A DNA stretch of 64,000 nt from Lama guanicoe (Eukaryota). Position 1 is the first letter of the stretch, and the number at the start of each line of letters is the position of its first letter. The position numbers and the translations under genes were made by a program. This document shows, piece after piece, positions 41,326-54,267 of this stretch. Under the pieces are notes generated by a model, which ran no database searches, was not told the DNA's origin, and was given only the letters and a program-made list of their open reading frames with translations. The stretch is from contig MU053557.1 of assembly GCA_013239625.1 (NCBI GenBank), positions 5,963,842 to 6,027,841 of the forward strand, in the 5' to 3' direction.

Positions 41326-42052
41326 CTGTCACAGAAGGAAAATACAGACATCAATCAGGGTAAGTGGCAATGTCTGTCAGTATGTACTCCGTTTCTCAAA
41401 AAAGCCAGATATCTAGTTCATGCTGACCTTAATGCATCTTACCATTTCTCTGTGTCTTTTTTAAAAATTATTTAAGTTCTTCTCTACTATAGCCCCTGTC
41501 TGTAACAGAGGGGGTGGGCTTGTCCTAATTTGATCACTACACACATGGCTACACCATTTTTATTTAAATTGACTCGTAAAATAATCCAAAACACTTTCCT
41601 GGTGTCCTACAGACAAAACAATCATTCCAACGATTTTAATATAATTTAACTGTTTACTGTGTCATTGCATACATATTATGAATAAAAGAAGCCCTTATGT
41701 AAGGATAAAGGACAGCTGCGCCTTCACTGTGCTTCCAGCCAACTTACTGTCACCAATGATTATATTCATTATTTACAAATCAGACTCTGCTAAGAAACCT
41801 AAGCTCAAGAAAGAATATTGTGAATTTTGAATTTCATATCAAACCTTACTTGGCAAAGATTTGCAGGCAACTCTAGTCCAAGTAGGAGCCTTTCAACAGA
41901 ATAATTCAATTTGGTACTTGAAAGTTGCCTAAAAAGGACAGTGCAGGGACTCAGAATTATTTTCCTTGCTATTAAAAATTCAACAATACACAAGAAACGC
42001 AGCTTTTGAAACACTTCTCAAGGCAATGAGGTGTAATAATGCAGAAACTAAC

Positions 42053-42318
42053 CTTCCAACAGAAATAGTTGTTTCCTTCTTGTGGTTGAGCCTGGGGTTG
42101 AGGACCAACGAGGGCAGAGTTACCAGGACTGAAGACTCAGTGGAGAACAGGCTGTTTCCACCTGCTCTGATGTTTTCAGAGCGTGGCTTTAAATTCTGTC
42201 CTTTGGGATCTCGCCAGGTTGCCTCAGGCTCTAAGTACCAGCCGGCAGCCTGACACACCAGATGCACAACTCTGGCATCACTGTTCTTGATGAGAAAGTG
42301 TGGGGAACCTTCCTAATC
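42053..42318 (-). pseudogene. Butyrophilin-like unit B, IgC exon (copy 1)
   Basis: SPHFLIK...HLVCQAAGWYLEPEATWRDPKG...LFSTESSVLV...LNPRLNHKKETTISV matches the BTN IgC pattern (CxxxGWYPxPxxxWRD...GLF...NP.L.QEKE). The canonical acceptor gives a frameshift/stop, and the second Cys is deleted. Confidence 0.85.
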
Positions 42319-43149
42319 CTGCGAAACGTGAAGGAGACAAGGAGCTCAGTTAAGAAATCAATATCTAAAAATTGTTTGGATCCTAGGTTTTAGTATATTT
42401 AACCAAATAGAATGATTGTCCATCTTTTGTGTAACTTGGGTAGAAAAAAGGTTCTGCGAATGATTTCCTCAGAGTGAGTGATTAACACTAAGATATCAAA
42501 GGCAGCAGAAAAAGACAAGAACAAGAAATCTTGAAGGAATGAGATATTAACAAATAGACAAGAAAAGAAGGTAGTAATAAGGAGTCGAGTGTTAGGATTT
42601 ATAGTAATCTCAGAAGCTTGCTGAAACAGTTCTGATCAAGTCATTACACACCACAAATGTTGAACTGTCAAAGCAGATTCACAGCAATCACAAGCCATAC
42701 CTAACACTAAACTTAGCTATTAGTAAAAGATAGAAAAAGCAAGGACAGAGATGGCAACATCCACCTCTGAAACGGTCCAAGATCATATGATGTAATTCTC
42801 AATAAAGTCATTTTCCCCTCCTGGGATGTATTTTTGTTTTACATTAAGAGATGGGAGCTAACAAGGTGGGTAACACGTGTGATTTAAAAGAGTCTGAGGA
42901 AGCCACTTTAAATTCTTAGTTTTTATATTACATCAAACACAGAGGTAGGGAACCTATATGACTTAAGTTTCACTCTCCAGCTGGGCAGTACAAACCATAA
43001 ATTCCAGTTTTATATACAATAACCAATAAAGACCCAAGCAGCCAGAGGTGCTGTTAACTCTTTCCTTCCCAGGTATAAATGGGTGGATCAGTGCTGTAGC
43101 TTTCCTTTTTGGGGGAATGTGCATGAGCTGCACTCCGTGGAATGGCAGG

Positions 43150-43420
43150 GAATTGAATCTGCATGTGGAAGATAATTATCTACTCCCCAGACACACTGCT
43201 GTACATTGTGGATCCTGGCCTCTCTCAGGACTCCTGATGGAAGACATTGACATATTTCTGAGCATCCATGAAATGGACCTTGCGCTCCAAGGAAAGTGTC
43301 TCTGGCTTTCTACTCTCTTAACTTTCTCCTGGGCTCAGAATTATTCAGTTTAACACTTCTTTTTATACATTTTCCAAGTCTCCAACTCTGATCCACACTG
43401 AGACCCTCTAGACCATATAA
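43150..43420 (-). pseudogene. Degenerate BTN IgV-like exon remnant (repeated at 44815-45085)
   Basis: Minus strand reads ARIHNVQ then SGE*IIIF, resembling the IgV motif LRIHNV...DxGEYxCxF. It lies upstream of the IgC exon. Boundaries are not recoverable. Confidence 0.4.
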
Positions 43421-43717
43421 TGTCAAGCAAGGAGCAGGGCTACAGGCATCAGGAAGGAGTGTGAAAGAAGGAATGAATACACTGGAAACAGTAAGCTGGT
43501 CCTTGAGATGCTCTTGGAAATGTAGTGGGGCTGCCCACTAGTCAGCGCCCAATGTTTTGAGAGACTACAAGGTAATTTCTAGATTTCAGCACAATCTTTT
43601 TTTAATTATTGAGTTATAGTCAGTTTAAAATTGCTATTAAAAATTCAACAATACACAAGAAATGCAGCTTTTGAAACACTTCTCAAAGCAGTGAGGTGTA
43701 ATAATGCAGAAACTAAC

Positions 43718-43983
43718 CTGCCAAAAGAAATAGTTGTTTCCTTCTTGTGGTTGAGCCTGGGGTTGAGGACCAACGAGGGCAGAGTTACCAGGACTGAAGA
43801 CTCAGTGGAGAACAGGCTGTTTCCACCTGCTCTGATGTTTTCAGAGCGTGGCTTTAAATTCTGTCCTTTGGGATCTCGCCAGGTTGCCTCAGGCTCTAAG
43901 TACCAGCCGGCAGCCTGACACACCAGATGCACAACTCTGGCATCACTGTTCTTGATGAGAAAGTGTGGGGAACCTTCCTAATC
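43718..43983 (-). pseudogene. Butyrophilin-like unit B, IgC exon (copy 2)
   Basis: Duplicate of 42053-42318 at offset 1665. Confidence 0.85.
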
Positions 43984-45261
43984 CTGCGAAACGTGAAGGA
44001 GACAAGGAGCTCAGTTAAGAAATCAATATCTAAAAATTGTTTGGATCCTAGGTTTTAGTATATTTAACCAAATAGAATGATTGTCCATCTTTTGTGTAAC
44101 TTGGGTAGAAAAAAGGTTCTGCGAATGATTTCCTCAGAGTGAGTGATTAACACTAAGATATCAAAGGCAGCAGAAAAAGACAAGAACAAGAAATCTTGAA
44201 GGAATGAGATATTAACAAATAGACAAGAAAAGAAGGTAGTAATAAGGAGTCGAGTGTTAGGATTTATAGTAATCTCAGAAGCTTGCTGAAACAGTTCTGA
44301 TCAAGTCATTACACACCACAAATGTTGAACTGTCAAAGCAGATTCACAGCAATCACAAGCCATACCTAACACTAAACTTAGCTATTAGTAAAAGATAGAA
44401 AAAGCAAGGACAGAGATGGCAACATCCACCTCTGAAACGGTCCAAGATCATATGATGTAATTCTCAATAAAGTCATTTTCCCCTCCTGGGATGTATTTTT
44501 GTTTTACATTAAGAGATGAGAGCTAACAAGGTGGGTAACACGTGTGATTTAAAAGAGTCTGAGGAAGCCACTTTAAATTCTTAGTTTTTATATTACATCA
44601 AACACAGAGGTAGGGAACCTATATGACTTAAGTTTCACTCTCCAGCTGGGCAGTACAAACCATAAATTCCAGTTTTATATACAATAACCAATAAAGACCC
44701 AAGCAGCCAGAGGTGCTGTTAACTCTTTCCTTCCCAGGTATAAATGGGTGGATCAGTGCTGTAGCTTTCCTTTTTGGGGGAATGTGCATGAGCTGCACTC
44801 CGTGGAATGGCAGGGAATTGAATCTGCATGTGGAAGATAATTATCTACTCCCCAGACACACTGCTGTACATTGTGGATCCTGGCCTCTCTCAGGACTCCT
44901 GATGGAAGACATTGACATATTTCTGAGCATCCATGAAATGGACCTTGTGCTCCAAGGAAAGTGTCTCTGGCTTTCTACTCTCTTAACTTTCTCCTGGGCT
45001 CAGAATTATTCAGTTTAACCCTTCTTTTTATACATTTTCCAAGTCTCCAACTCTGATCCACACTGAGACCCTCTAGACCATATAATGTCAAGCAAGGAGC
45101 AGGACTACAGGCATCAGGAAGGAGTGTGAAAGAAGGAATGAATACACTGGAAACAGTAAGCTGGTCCTTGAGATGCTCTTGGAAATGTAGTGGGGCTGCC
45201 CACTAGTCAGCGCCCAATGTTTTGAGAGACTACAAGGTAATTTCTAGATTTCAGCACAATC

Positions 45262-45696
45262 TTTTTTTAATTATTGAGTTATAGTCAGTTTAAAATGTGT
45301 CAATTTTCAGTGTGGAACACAATTTTTCAGTTTTATAGGAACATACAAATGATCATTAGGCACATGAAAAAATGCTCAATATACTAATTATCAGAGAAAT
45401 GCAAATCAAAACTACAATGAGGTATCACCTCACACCAGTCCGAATGGCCATCATTCAAAAGTCCACAAATAACAAATGCTGGAGAGGCTGTGGAGAAAGG
45501 GAACCCTCCTACACTGCTGGTGGGAATGCAGTTTGGTGCAGCCACTGTGGAAAACAGTATGGCGATTCCTCAAAAGACTAGGAACAGATTTACCATATGA
45601 CCCAGGAATCCTGCTCCTGGGCATATATCCAGAAGGAACCCTACTTCAAAAAGACACCTGCACCCCAATGTTCATAGCAGCACTGTTTACAATAGT
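45262..45696. mobile_element. 5'-inverted (twin-primed) L1
   Basis: Poly(T) plus antisense 3' end (45262-45332) joined to a sense ORF2 end (45340-45696). Degenerate TSD tcagcacaatcttt / tgaacacaaccttt. Confidence 0.7.
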
Positions 45697-46051
45697 GAAC
45701 ACAACCTTTAAAGAACACAACACAGAAAAGCACCATTTATGGTTGATATATTTGGTGAAATGAGGGAATAATGCTGTATTCTATGTCTGGAGTGGTATTT
45801 TACAAACTAAGACAAGCACCTAAGAGAAAACAAATTGACCACTATACTGAGCTACTATTGAAATCCAGATGCTAGTACCAAATTTGAGCTTTACATTATA
45901 AACATAGAAATTCTTGGGGGAGGCTAGACTTTGATATGACTTTCTGGGCTGGAGGTTCAGGGCACTGTTTATCATAAATGTCAAAGTGATTGCTGCTGAT
46001 ATACCAAGGGTAGATGATGATGATAATGATCAGCATTTATTGTGCACTTAC

Positions 46052-46402
46052 TGTATTAATTTGTGTCCCCTCAAAATGCTTATGGTGAAAACAAGCCCCA
46101 ATATAATGGTATTTAGAGGTGGGGCTGTTGGGAGGTGATGAGGTCATAAAGGTGGAATCCTCGTGAATGGAATCAGAGCCCTTATAAAAGATACCCCAGA
46201 GAGCTCCCTCACCCTGTCTGCCGTATGTGGACGCAGTGAGAAGACCGCCATCTATGAACCAGGAAGAGGGCTCTCACCAGATAGTGAATCTTCCAGTCTG
46301 TTGATCTTAGACTTTCCAGCCTCTAGAACTATGAGGATGAATTTGTTTTTAAGCCAGCCAGTCTATGGTATTTTTGTTATAGCAGCCCGGATGGATTAAC
46401 AC
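46052..46402 (+). mobile_element. MLT1A/MST-like MaLR LTR
   Basis: Same family motifs as 26084-26448. Confidence 0.8.
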
Positions 46403-47759
46403 AGCTACAATGTGACAAACATGTTCTAAGCCGTAGGGGCAGAGCACGTGTCGCCAGGAACAGTAAGGAGGCTAGAACGGCTGGAGCACTGGGAACAAAA
46501 GTAGGTAAATCATGGCTGCATTCCTGTTACTTTCCCTTCAAATAATTCAAGTCACTGTTACTATTCCTTGAAGTAAAGCTGAAATACAACTGTAGCACAT
46601 GCTCTGTCCTCTTGCCTGGACTTTTATACAATTTAAATATTTTCACAAGATGTCTGTGGACCTGCTATAACAGGTTTTTCCTTTATAAAGTGAGACTTGA
46701 ACTCAACTCAAGGACTTTTAAAATTCAGTTCCTTCTGTCTCTATCACTTTTCTCCATGAAGGGCTCGCTCCTTCACGATCTTCAATATATGAAAATCATA
46801 ATGGCAAATATTTTTATGATGAGAGTCCAGATAACAAGAAATCCTTGTATTTGTGGTATGTGCTCCCATTAGAATAGATATGTGCTTAAAGCACCAGAGT
46901 AACCAATATGCTGCCAGTTTGAAAGTTTTATTTTAGTCCCTTTTACTTGTCAGACATTTTAAAACAGATTTCTCTGCTAATGCTATGAGAAAGGTGAGGA
47001 CTTTATAACTTATAGTCATTTATAGTTGACTTAACTGAGGAAGAGAAAGGCCAAGAGACTTACTCAGTGTCTTCTTGGCAAAGAGTAGAAGAACAGGGGT
47101 TCTGACCCAGAAAATCTGCTGCTGGAACCCTAGCTCTTGGCCTCCAGACATAACTAAACCGACAACCTGTATAAGAAAACAATCAAGAAACCAATCAAAC
47201 AAAACCAACAAACAAAAACACTGAGAACTGAGAGGGAGACTGAGATGGCAGGACAGCATAGATAAAAAGAAAAAAAAATCATCTCAACATTGAAAAACTA
47301 GTGTCTCCAAGAAGTTTTGTGATACAAATAATAGAAGAGGGATGCTGATTTTAATAAACTGTGGTGGTGTGGTGAAATCCACACTTACGCTATTTTAAAT
47401 ATTTTCAAAATAGATGACTTAAGTCATGAACATATGAGTTATGGCTTACCAGCAACAACAGTGACTTACATCTGTGTTTACATAAAGTGTTCCAAAACAC
47501 TATTTTCTCAGTATCTTTTCTTTGCAAGATACCACAGGCTATTCAAAAAGCCATGAAAAACTGGCATTGCTATCATTGCTCTCTCAGTGTGACTGGTAGG
47601 AAATAGAGTCTCGGCTCGCTTGAGTAAATTTTTATCTACATATTAGCAACACTAAGAGATCTCAAGATCCAGTAATCAGCACAAGAAGGCTCCAGTCAGC
47701 CCGGGTCATGATATATATCAGTGTGACTTTCTGGTTGTCCAAGACTGAAGGCAGTTGCA

Positions 47760-48223
47760 AGCGAAGGCATCGCTGAGGATCTTAGGGGAAAAAACATGGA
47801 AAAGAGATTGGAGGAAGGTATAAAAAAGCTATAAATATGGGTCCACTCTGTCACATAATAGACTAGAGCCTCACCATAGTGACAGGACTATCTGAAGTAA
47901 AGGAGAGAATGCTGAGAAAGAACTTCAAATGGGTTGTTCCTGAGGCTCAGTGAACAGGAAATGGTAGTCAGCTAAGTATATACATCCTTTCTTTCGCAGT
48001 GACCTGAGTCCAAATGAAGGTCCAATGGACTTCCTTGGGACCCTCACCTCCCAGCAGTGATCACCATCAGAAAACATCTCTCCTCCCAACATAGACATCA
48101 GAGTTTCAAAGTGCTTTCTGTTCTCTGAAGAATGATGCTTTTTGAAACTGGAGAAAACCAGTTTCCTCTCATTAAACATAATAAAGTAGGGATTAGCTAT
48201 GTTTGGATACAAAGTCACATACA
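47760..48223 (-). pseudogene. Butyrophilin-like unit A, B30.2 (PRY-SPRY) exon
   Basis: YVTLYPNIANPYFIM...ENRKHFETLMSMLGGEMFSDGDHCWEVRV...SLRKKG and HYGEALVYYVTEWTHIYSF match VTLDPxTAxPxL...NPERFD...LG...FxSGxHYWEV and DYExGxVSFYNVTDxSHIYTF. Stop at 47925-47927. AA stands where the acceptor AG is expected. Confidence 0.85.
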
Positions 48224-48689
48224 TTTTGACAAGGAAGGTCATTTAATGGACTTTGGCTTCCATCCATGAAAAGGTAACGGCTACACAAGAAGTTCTCCCA
48301 TCATAAATGAGTAAATAATAAAATATGAAACAGGTAATACAGAATTGTGATCCCTGAGGAAGGGAAACAAATAAAGAGACCTGAAATCACCCCTGCTTCC
48401 TACCTAGTGATTTCCAGTCACCTGCACAAAAAGTGGGAATCGATAGATACCCTGCCACCATTCTCACTGAATTGTGTCCAAAACTCTTTACAGGAATTAA
48501 ACAAAATCTGTCACCCAACAATGAAAAAATCACATCCTATGTCCAATTAAAATAAGCAGACATGGGAAGAAGTACAAAAATGTGACTGGTAACCAGGAGA
48601 AACAAACACAGGAGAAAAACCAACAATGGAGTGAGCAGACAAGGGCTTTAAAACACTGCTCATAAACATTATAAACACAGCCTGTGGGG

Positions 48690-50890
48690 CCCAGCAGCAC
48701 ACTCCCCTCCAGTCACCAGGGCTATATGTCCTAGGGGTGTCCCCTAGGTGGGCTGTGTGGGCGCTTCTGTTTTGGTGGGGTAGACGACTCTGGGCATGCA
48801 GGTAGGTGGGGCTGGCCCCGAGCCTGGTTGGCTGTCAGGCTCTGCCTTGTGCGGAGGCGGTCAGCCCACTGGTGAGTGCGGCCAGATGTTGGCACGGTTG
48901 GCTGTGTGAACCAGGGGGTCCGGTGGCTGATGCAGCCCACGGGTGGGCAGGGCTGGGCCCCAGGATGGATGACTGCTTGGTTGGGGGAATCTCAGGACTG
49001 CTGCCACGGCCTGGTATGCAGGTAAGCCGTTGGTCCTAAGAGGCTAGAGGGAAGACTGCAAAATGGCACTTGCCAGCACAACTGTCCTCGTGGTAGAACG
49101 AGCTTGCCAAAACGGCTTCCGCCAGAGTCTATGCCCCCAGGCGGAGTTCCAGTTGCCTCCTACCTCTCTGGGAAGCTCTTTAAGATCTGTAAGTAGGCCT
49201 GACCCAAGGTCCTTTCAGATTAATCCCTCTGCACTGGGCCTTGGAGAACGTACAGTTTTGCATGAGCCCTTTAAGAGTGGAGTCCCTGTTTCCTAAAGCC
49301 CTCTGGCTTTCCCACACACGAGCCTTCAGCTCCAGAATATCAGTTTGGTTCTTTTTTAAAGTTTCAATCTCTTCGGTAAAGAACTCTTCATTAACTTTAT
49401 TCCTGAGCTTATTGAACTGCCTTTCTGAGTTTTATTGTAGCTTGTTGAGTTTTTTAATGACACTTATTTTGAATCTTCCAACTGTTAGATCACAGTATTT
49501 CCTGAATTTAAGCTTGATTTCTGTACATGTGTCATCTCCTTTTTGAGGTACAGTGTTCCTGTGGTTCTTCATGGTGCTTGATGACTTGTTCCTCTGCCAG
49601 TGCACTGAAGTAGGCAGCAACATTAGAACTTGATTCTAATGATTTCAGTAATTTAGAAATTAGAGGCCTTTCTTTTGATTTCCAGTGGGTGGCGCTAGAA
49701 CTAGCACAAGTTTCTGGTTTCCTTGACTTGAGCTGCTTCTGATTATATTTGAGTCTGCTCTTTCACACTCCACTGCCCCTGTCAGAGGTGGTGTTGGGCT
49801 CAGTTTGCTAATATTTTGTTCAGGATTTTTAAATCTATATTCATCAGTGATACTGGCCTGTAATTTTCTTTTCTGGTGCTCTGTCTAGTTTTGGTATCTG
49901 AGGGATGGTGGCTTCATGGAATGACTTAGGGAGTGCCATTCCATGAAGCCACCATCACTTAAGAGACTCCTCTTAAGTCTTTTGGAAGAGTCTGAGAAGG
50001 CTAGGTATAAGTTCTTTGTATGTTTGGTAGAATTTCCCAGGGAAGCAATCCAGTTCTGGATTTGTTTGCAGGATTTTTTTTTTTAATGGATTCCACTTCA
50101 CTTCCAATGATTGGTATGTTCAAATTCTGTTTCTTCTTGTTGATTCAGTTTTGGCAGATTGTATGTTTCTAGGAATTTGTCCATTTCTTCTAGGTTGTCC
50201 ATTTTGTTGACATATAACTGTTCATAACATTTTCTTATAGTTCTTTTTTGTGTTTCTGCACCATCAGTTATTTCTCCTCTTTATTTCTTATTTTGTTTAT
50301 TTGGGTCTTGTCTCTTTTCTTCTTAATGAGCCTTGCCAGAGGTTTGCTGATTTTATTTATCCTTTCAAAAAACCAGCTCTTGGTTTTATTAATTTTTTTC
50401 CATTTTTTAAAATCTCTATTTTATTTCCTCTCTGATCCTTATCATTTCCTTCCTTCTGCTGACTTTAGGGGCTTTTTTGTTGTTGTTGTTGCTGTTCTTT
50501 TTCTAATTCCTTTAGGTGGTAGTTTAGGCTGTTTATCTGGGATTTTTTCTTGTTTTGTTTAGGAAGGCTTGTATTGCTACAAGCTTCCCTCATAGGACTG
50601 CCTTTGCTGTGTTCCACAGATTTTGTATGGTTGTGTTTTCACTGTCACTTGTCTTGAGTCATTTTTTATTTCCTCTTTGATTTAATTGTTGACCCACTGT
50701 TTTATTTTGAAAGCATGTTGCTTAGTCTCCATACAATTGTTTTTTCACTTGTTTCCCGTTCTGTGGCTGACTTCTAGTCTCATGCCATTGTGGTCAGAAA
50801 AGACCCTTGAAGTCATTTCCATCTTCTTAAATTTGTTGAGGCTTGTTTTGTGTCCTAGTGTGTGGTCTATCTTAGAGAATGTTCTATTTC
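48690..50890 (-). mobile_element. Rearranged antisense L1 fragments (5' region, ORF1, ORF2)
   Basis: Antisense ORF2 motifs (ctatattcatcagtgatactggcctgtaattttc, tttcaaaaaaccagctctt) and an ORF1-like peptide (KISVIKKLNKLQ). Confidence 0.75.
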
Positions 50891-51893
50891 ACTTTTTCAA
50901 TCTAAAATATTAGAATATTTATATTTAGGAGTAAAAATACTTGTACTAAGTAAAATAATTCCATATAGAACAAATAAAATTGGAGGAAAAATTAGCCATG
51001 TGGATTACTGGGAACTCTACATAAGCCTTAAAAATTTCAAAGAATGAATTCTCCTATAACAATACACATACAAATACAAATTAGAGGATGAAAGTCACTG
51101 GGAAGTCAGTGGAGGTTAGAAGTTTAGTTGCATTCACCTCCATCTTCCTTATTGACTCATTACTAATTAAATTCTAATTGACATTCGATCCTGAAACTTA
51201 ACCTGAGCCATTTTCCTGGGTTGGGCAGATGAGTCTGAGTAAAGGAAGCAAAGTCACCTGCCAGACTTATTAGGAGCACTGATGATTCACGATGGGAGAG
51301 AACCACACTGTGCAATATTGCACCTACCTGAGCCAGGGAAGCACCAGAGGAAGGCAAGGAGTGCAGGCAGGCCAGAACCCAGCACAGGGGTGGCAGGAGT
51401 GGGGTCGGGGTGGGGGGCATTGCCCTCAGCCGCCAGAGGCTCCAGGTCAGAGTCAGCACCATCAGAATCAGCCAATGTGCAGAGAGAAATTTTCAGGACA
51501 CAAGGGCCTTGAGGAAGAAGGAAAATGATAAGAAATATAGTAAGATACATGTGATTATGTGGACATACCCTATTTTTATACACACTGACAAATTAGAATT
51601 GTATGCTCACAGAGGTGAGTATTTATAAGACACCAATTTAACCAATTTTTAATTGGAGTAAATTAAATGCTAATTGTGCCTAAATTTTAACTACTGTTTG
51701 AAAGATTCTTACATCAAAGGGTCGATTAAGAGAGCAGAAGGAACACTTAATTTTCACCAAATATTTATATCATTCTAGTACAACACAATTATACCACTGT
51801 GACTATTTCTCTTTTTTCTTGAAAATTCTCTAGTTTAAAAAAGAAGCTACTTACTTTCATTATGCAAAACTAATGATCAAAAACATCTCATGA

Positions 51894-53566
51894 GAACTAC
51901 AAAACACTGATTAAGGAAATTAAAGATGATTTAAAGAAATGGAAACATACCCCATGCTCTTGAGTTGGAAGAATTAACACTGTTAAAATGGCCATACTAC
52001 CCAAAGCAATCCACAGATTTCATGCAATCTGTATCAAATTTCCCATAACATTTTTCACAGAACTGGAATAACCCTAAAATTTATATTTAATCACAAAAGA
52101 CTCAAAATTGCTAAAACAATACTAAAGAAAAAGAACAAGGCTGGAGAAATAACCCTCCCAGATTTCAGACAGTATTACAGAGCTAAAGTAATCAAAATAG
52201 TGTGGTACTGGCACAAAAATAGACATAAGGATCAGTGGAACAGAACAGAGTCTAGAAATAAACCCATGACTTAAACATAAGACAAGGCATTATAAACCTC
52301 CTAGGAGAAAACATAGGTAAAACATTCTCTGATATAAATCTTAGCAATGTTCTTCTAGGGCAGTCTACCCAGACAATGGAAATAAAAGCAAAAATAAACA
52401 AATGGGACCTAATTAAACTATAAGCTTTTACATAGCAAAGGAAACTATAAACAACAAAAAAAGACAACCTAAGGAATGGAAATAATATTTGCAAATTATG
52501 TGACTGACAAGGGCTTAATTTCCAGAATATACAAACAGCTCATACAACTTAATAACAGAAAAATGAACAACCCAATCCAAAAATGGGCAGAAGACGTAAA
52601 TAAGCAATTCTCCAATGAAGACGTACAAATGATCAATAGGCACAAGAAAAAACGCTCAATATTGCTAATTATCAGAGAAATGCAAGTCAAAACTGCAATG
52701 AAGTATCACCTCACACCAGTCATCACTAAAAAGTCCACAGACGATAAGTGCTGGAGAGGGTGTGGAGAAAAGGGAACCCTCCTCTCACTATAGTGGGAAG
52801 GTAATTTGGTGCAGCCATTATTGAAAATAGTATGGAGATTCCTTAAAAAACTGAAAGTAGACTTACCATATAAGCCAGCAATCCCACTCCTGGGCATATA
52901 TCTGGAGGAAGTTCTAATTTGAAATGATACATGTACCCTATATGTTCGTAGCAGCACTATTTACAATAGCCAAGACATGGAAACAACCTAAATGTCCATC
53001 GACGGATGACCAGGTAAAGAAGCTGTGATATATGTATCTTGAGATTTTATATATGTATGTGTATATATGTATATGTATATGTGTATATGTATATGTATAT
53101 ATATAAAATAATGTCATTTGCAGCAACATGGATAGACCTGGAGATTGTCATTCTAAGTGAATAAGCCAGAAAGAGAAAGAAAAATACCATATGATATCAC
53201 TTATATGCGGTATTTAAGAAAGTGACACAAATGAACTTATTTACAAAACAGAAACAGATTCACAGACATAGAGACCAAACTTACGGTTACCAGGGGGAAA
53301 GAGGGTAGGAAGGGATAAATTGGTAGTTCAAGATTTGCAGATACTAATTACTATATATAAAATAAACAAAAAGTTTCTACTGTACAGGACAGGGAACTAT
53401 ATTCAATATCTTGTAGAAATCTACAACGAAAAAGAATATGAAAAGGAACATATGTATGTACATGTATGACTAAAACATTATGCTGTACACCAAGAATTGA
53501 CACAACATTTAAAACTGATTATACTTCAATTTTTAAAAAAAAGGCAAAAAGAAAAGAAAAGAAAAT
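51894..53566 (+). mobile_element. Young 5'-truncated L1 with internal deletion and (TA/TG)n microsatellite
   Basis: ORF2 3' part, UTR and A-tail. TSD core catctcatga at 51884-51893 and 53567-53576. Confidence 0.9.
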
Positions 53567-54174
53567 CATCTCATGAAAGCATGTGATTCCTCTATATCTA
53601 AAGCTATCCCACTCTCAGTTCAGTTTATGAAGTTGTCATCATGAATTAAGCAGAAAGCTTTATAAGTCATAGAAGTTAGTTTCCCTGGTCTCTAGACAGT
53701 AGGATTACTTAAAATATGCCTAAAATTCTTCATGCTACCTCGGCTCTTCCAGTTCAATCTATTTTGTTCTGTAGGCTAGGAAGTTCTCTGGCACCAATAA
53801 CATTTACCAAAATCTGTCAGAGTAGCAGAGTTATATATTTAACATCTGATTGACTGAACTATCTAGTTCATATGCTTCTGGTCACTTTTTCTTTCTTTTT
53901 TACTGCGTCATTCTGCTTTCTGGTGTTTCTCTGGAAATACTTTGAAGCAGTTACTGCACTCTCTGCTGTCTTTGCTGTATAGAGACTTATTGGACTTTTA
54001 TCCACTGACTCAATAACTGAGATCACGAAGTAAGCAGGGCTTTCTTATTCACTCTACTTGAAAAACAAAAGCAGTTTTCAAAGACACAGTCACATTTTTT
54101 TTGGCCAGCTTTAGCTTGCTTTTATAAAATACCCCATGACTCACTGGCTTTCTTAGGAAAAACATATTGCTTAT

Positions 54175-54267
54175 TTCTGTGATCTTTTCCTGCAAAAACT
54201 AAAACTTTGTCATATAACATAATCAGAACATGCAGGCACAACCATCACTGCAGCTATTGCAGTGGCT
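54175..54267 (-). pseudogene. Butyrophilin-like unit A, degenerate transmembrane exon
   Basis: Aligns by eye with the unit B TM exon (cttatttctgtgatcttttcctgca vs cttacttttagatcgtccttgca; cagaacatgcaggcacaa vs caggaatgcagaccacag). Reads WLCLHVLIML with stops upstream. Donor is ATAAG instead of GTAAG. Confidence 0.5.

Larger units (their letters stand above)
41966..45295. repeat. Direct tandem duplication, 2 x 1665 bp (41966-43630 and 43631-45295)
   Basis: Paired ORFs at a constant 1665 offset. About nine substitutions seen by eye and no indels noticed. Confidence 0.95.

Noticed and set aside
43048..45018. Duplicated 101-aa plus-strand ORFs as genes
   Set aside because: They have a non-ATG start and no recognisable family, lie antisense to the IgV-like remnant, and are identical only because of the duplication.
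41966..45295. CRISPR-like array or LTR pair
   Set aside because: It is two long abutting copies with no spacers, no internal retroviral region and no TG..CA termini.
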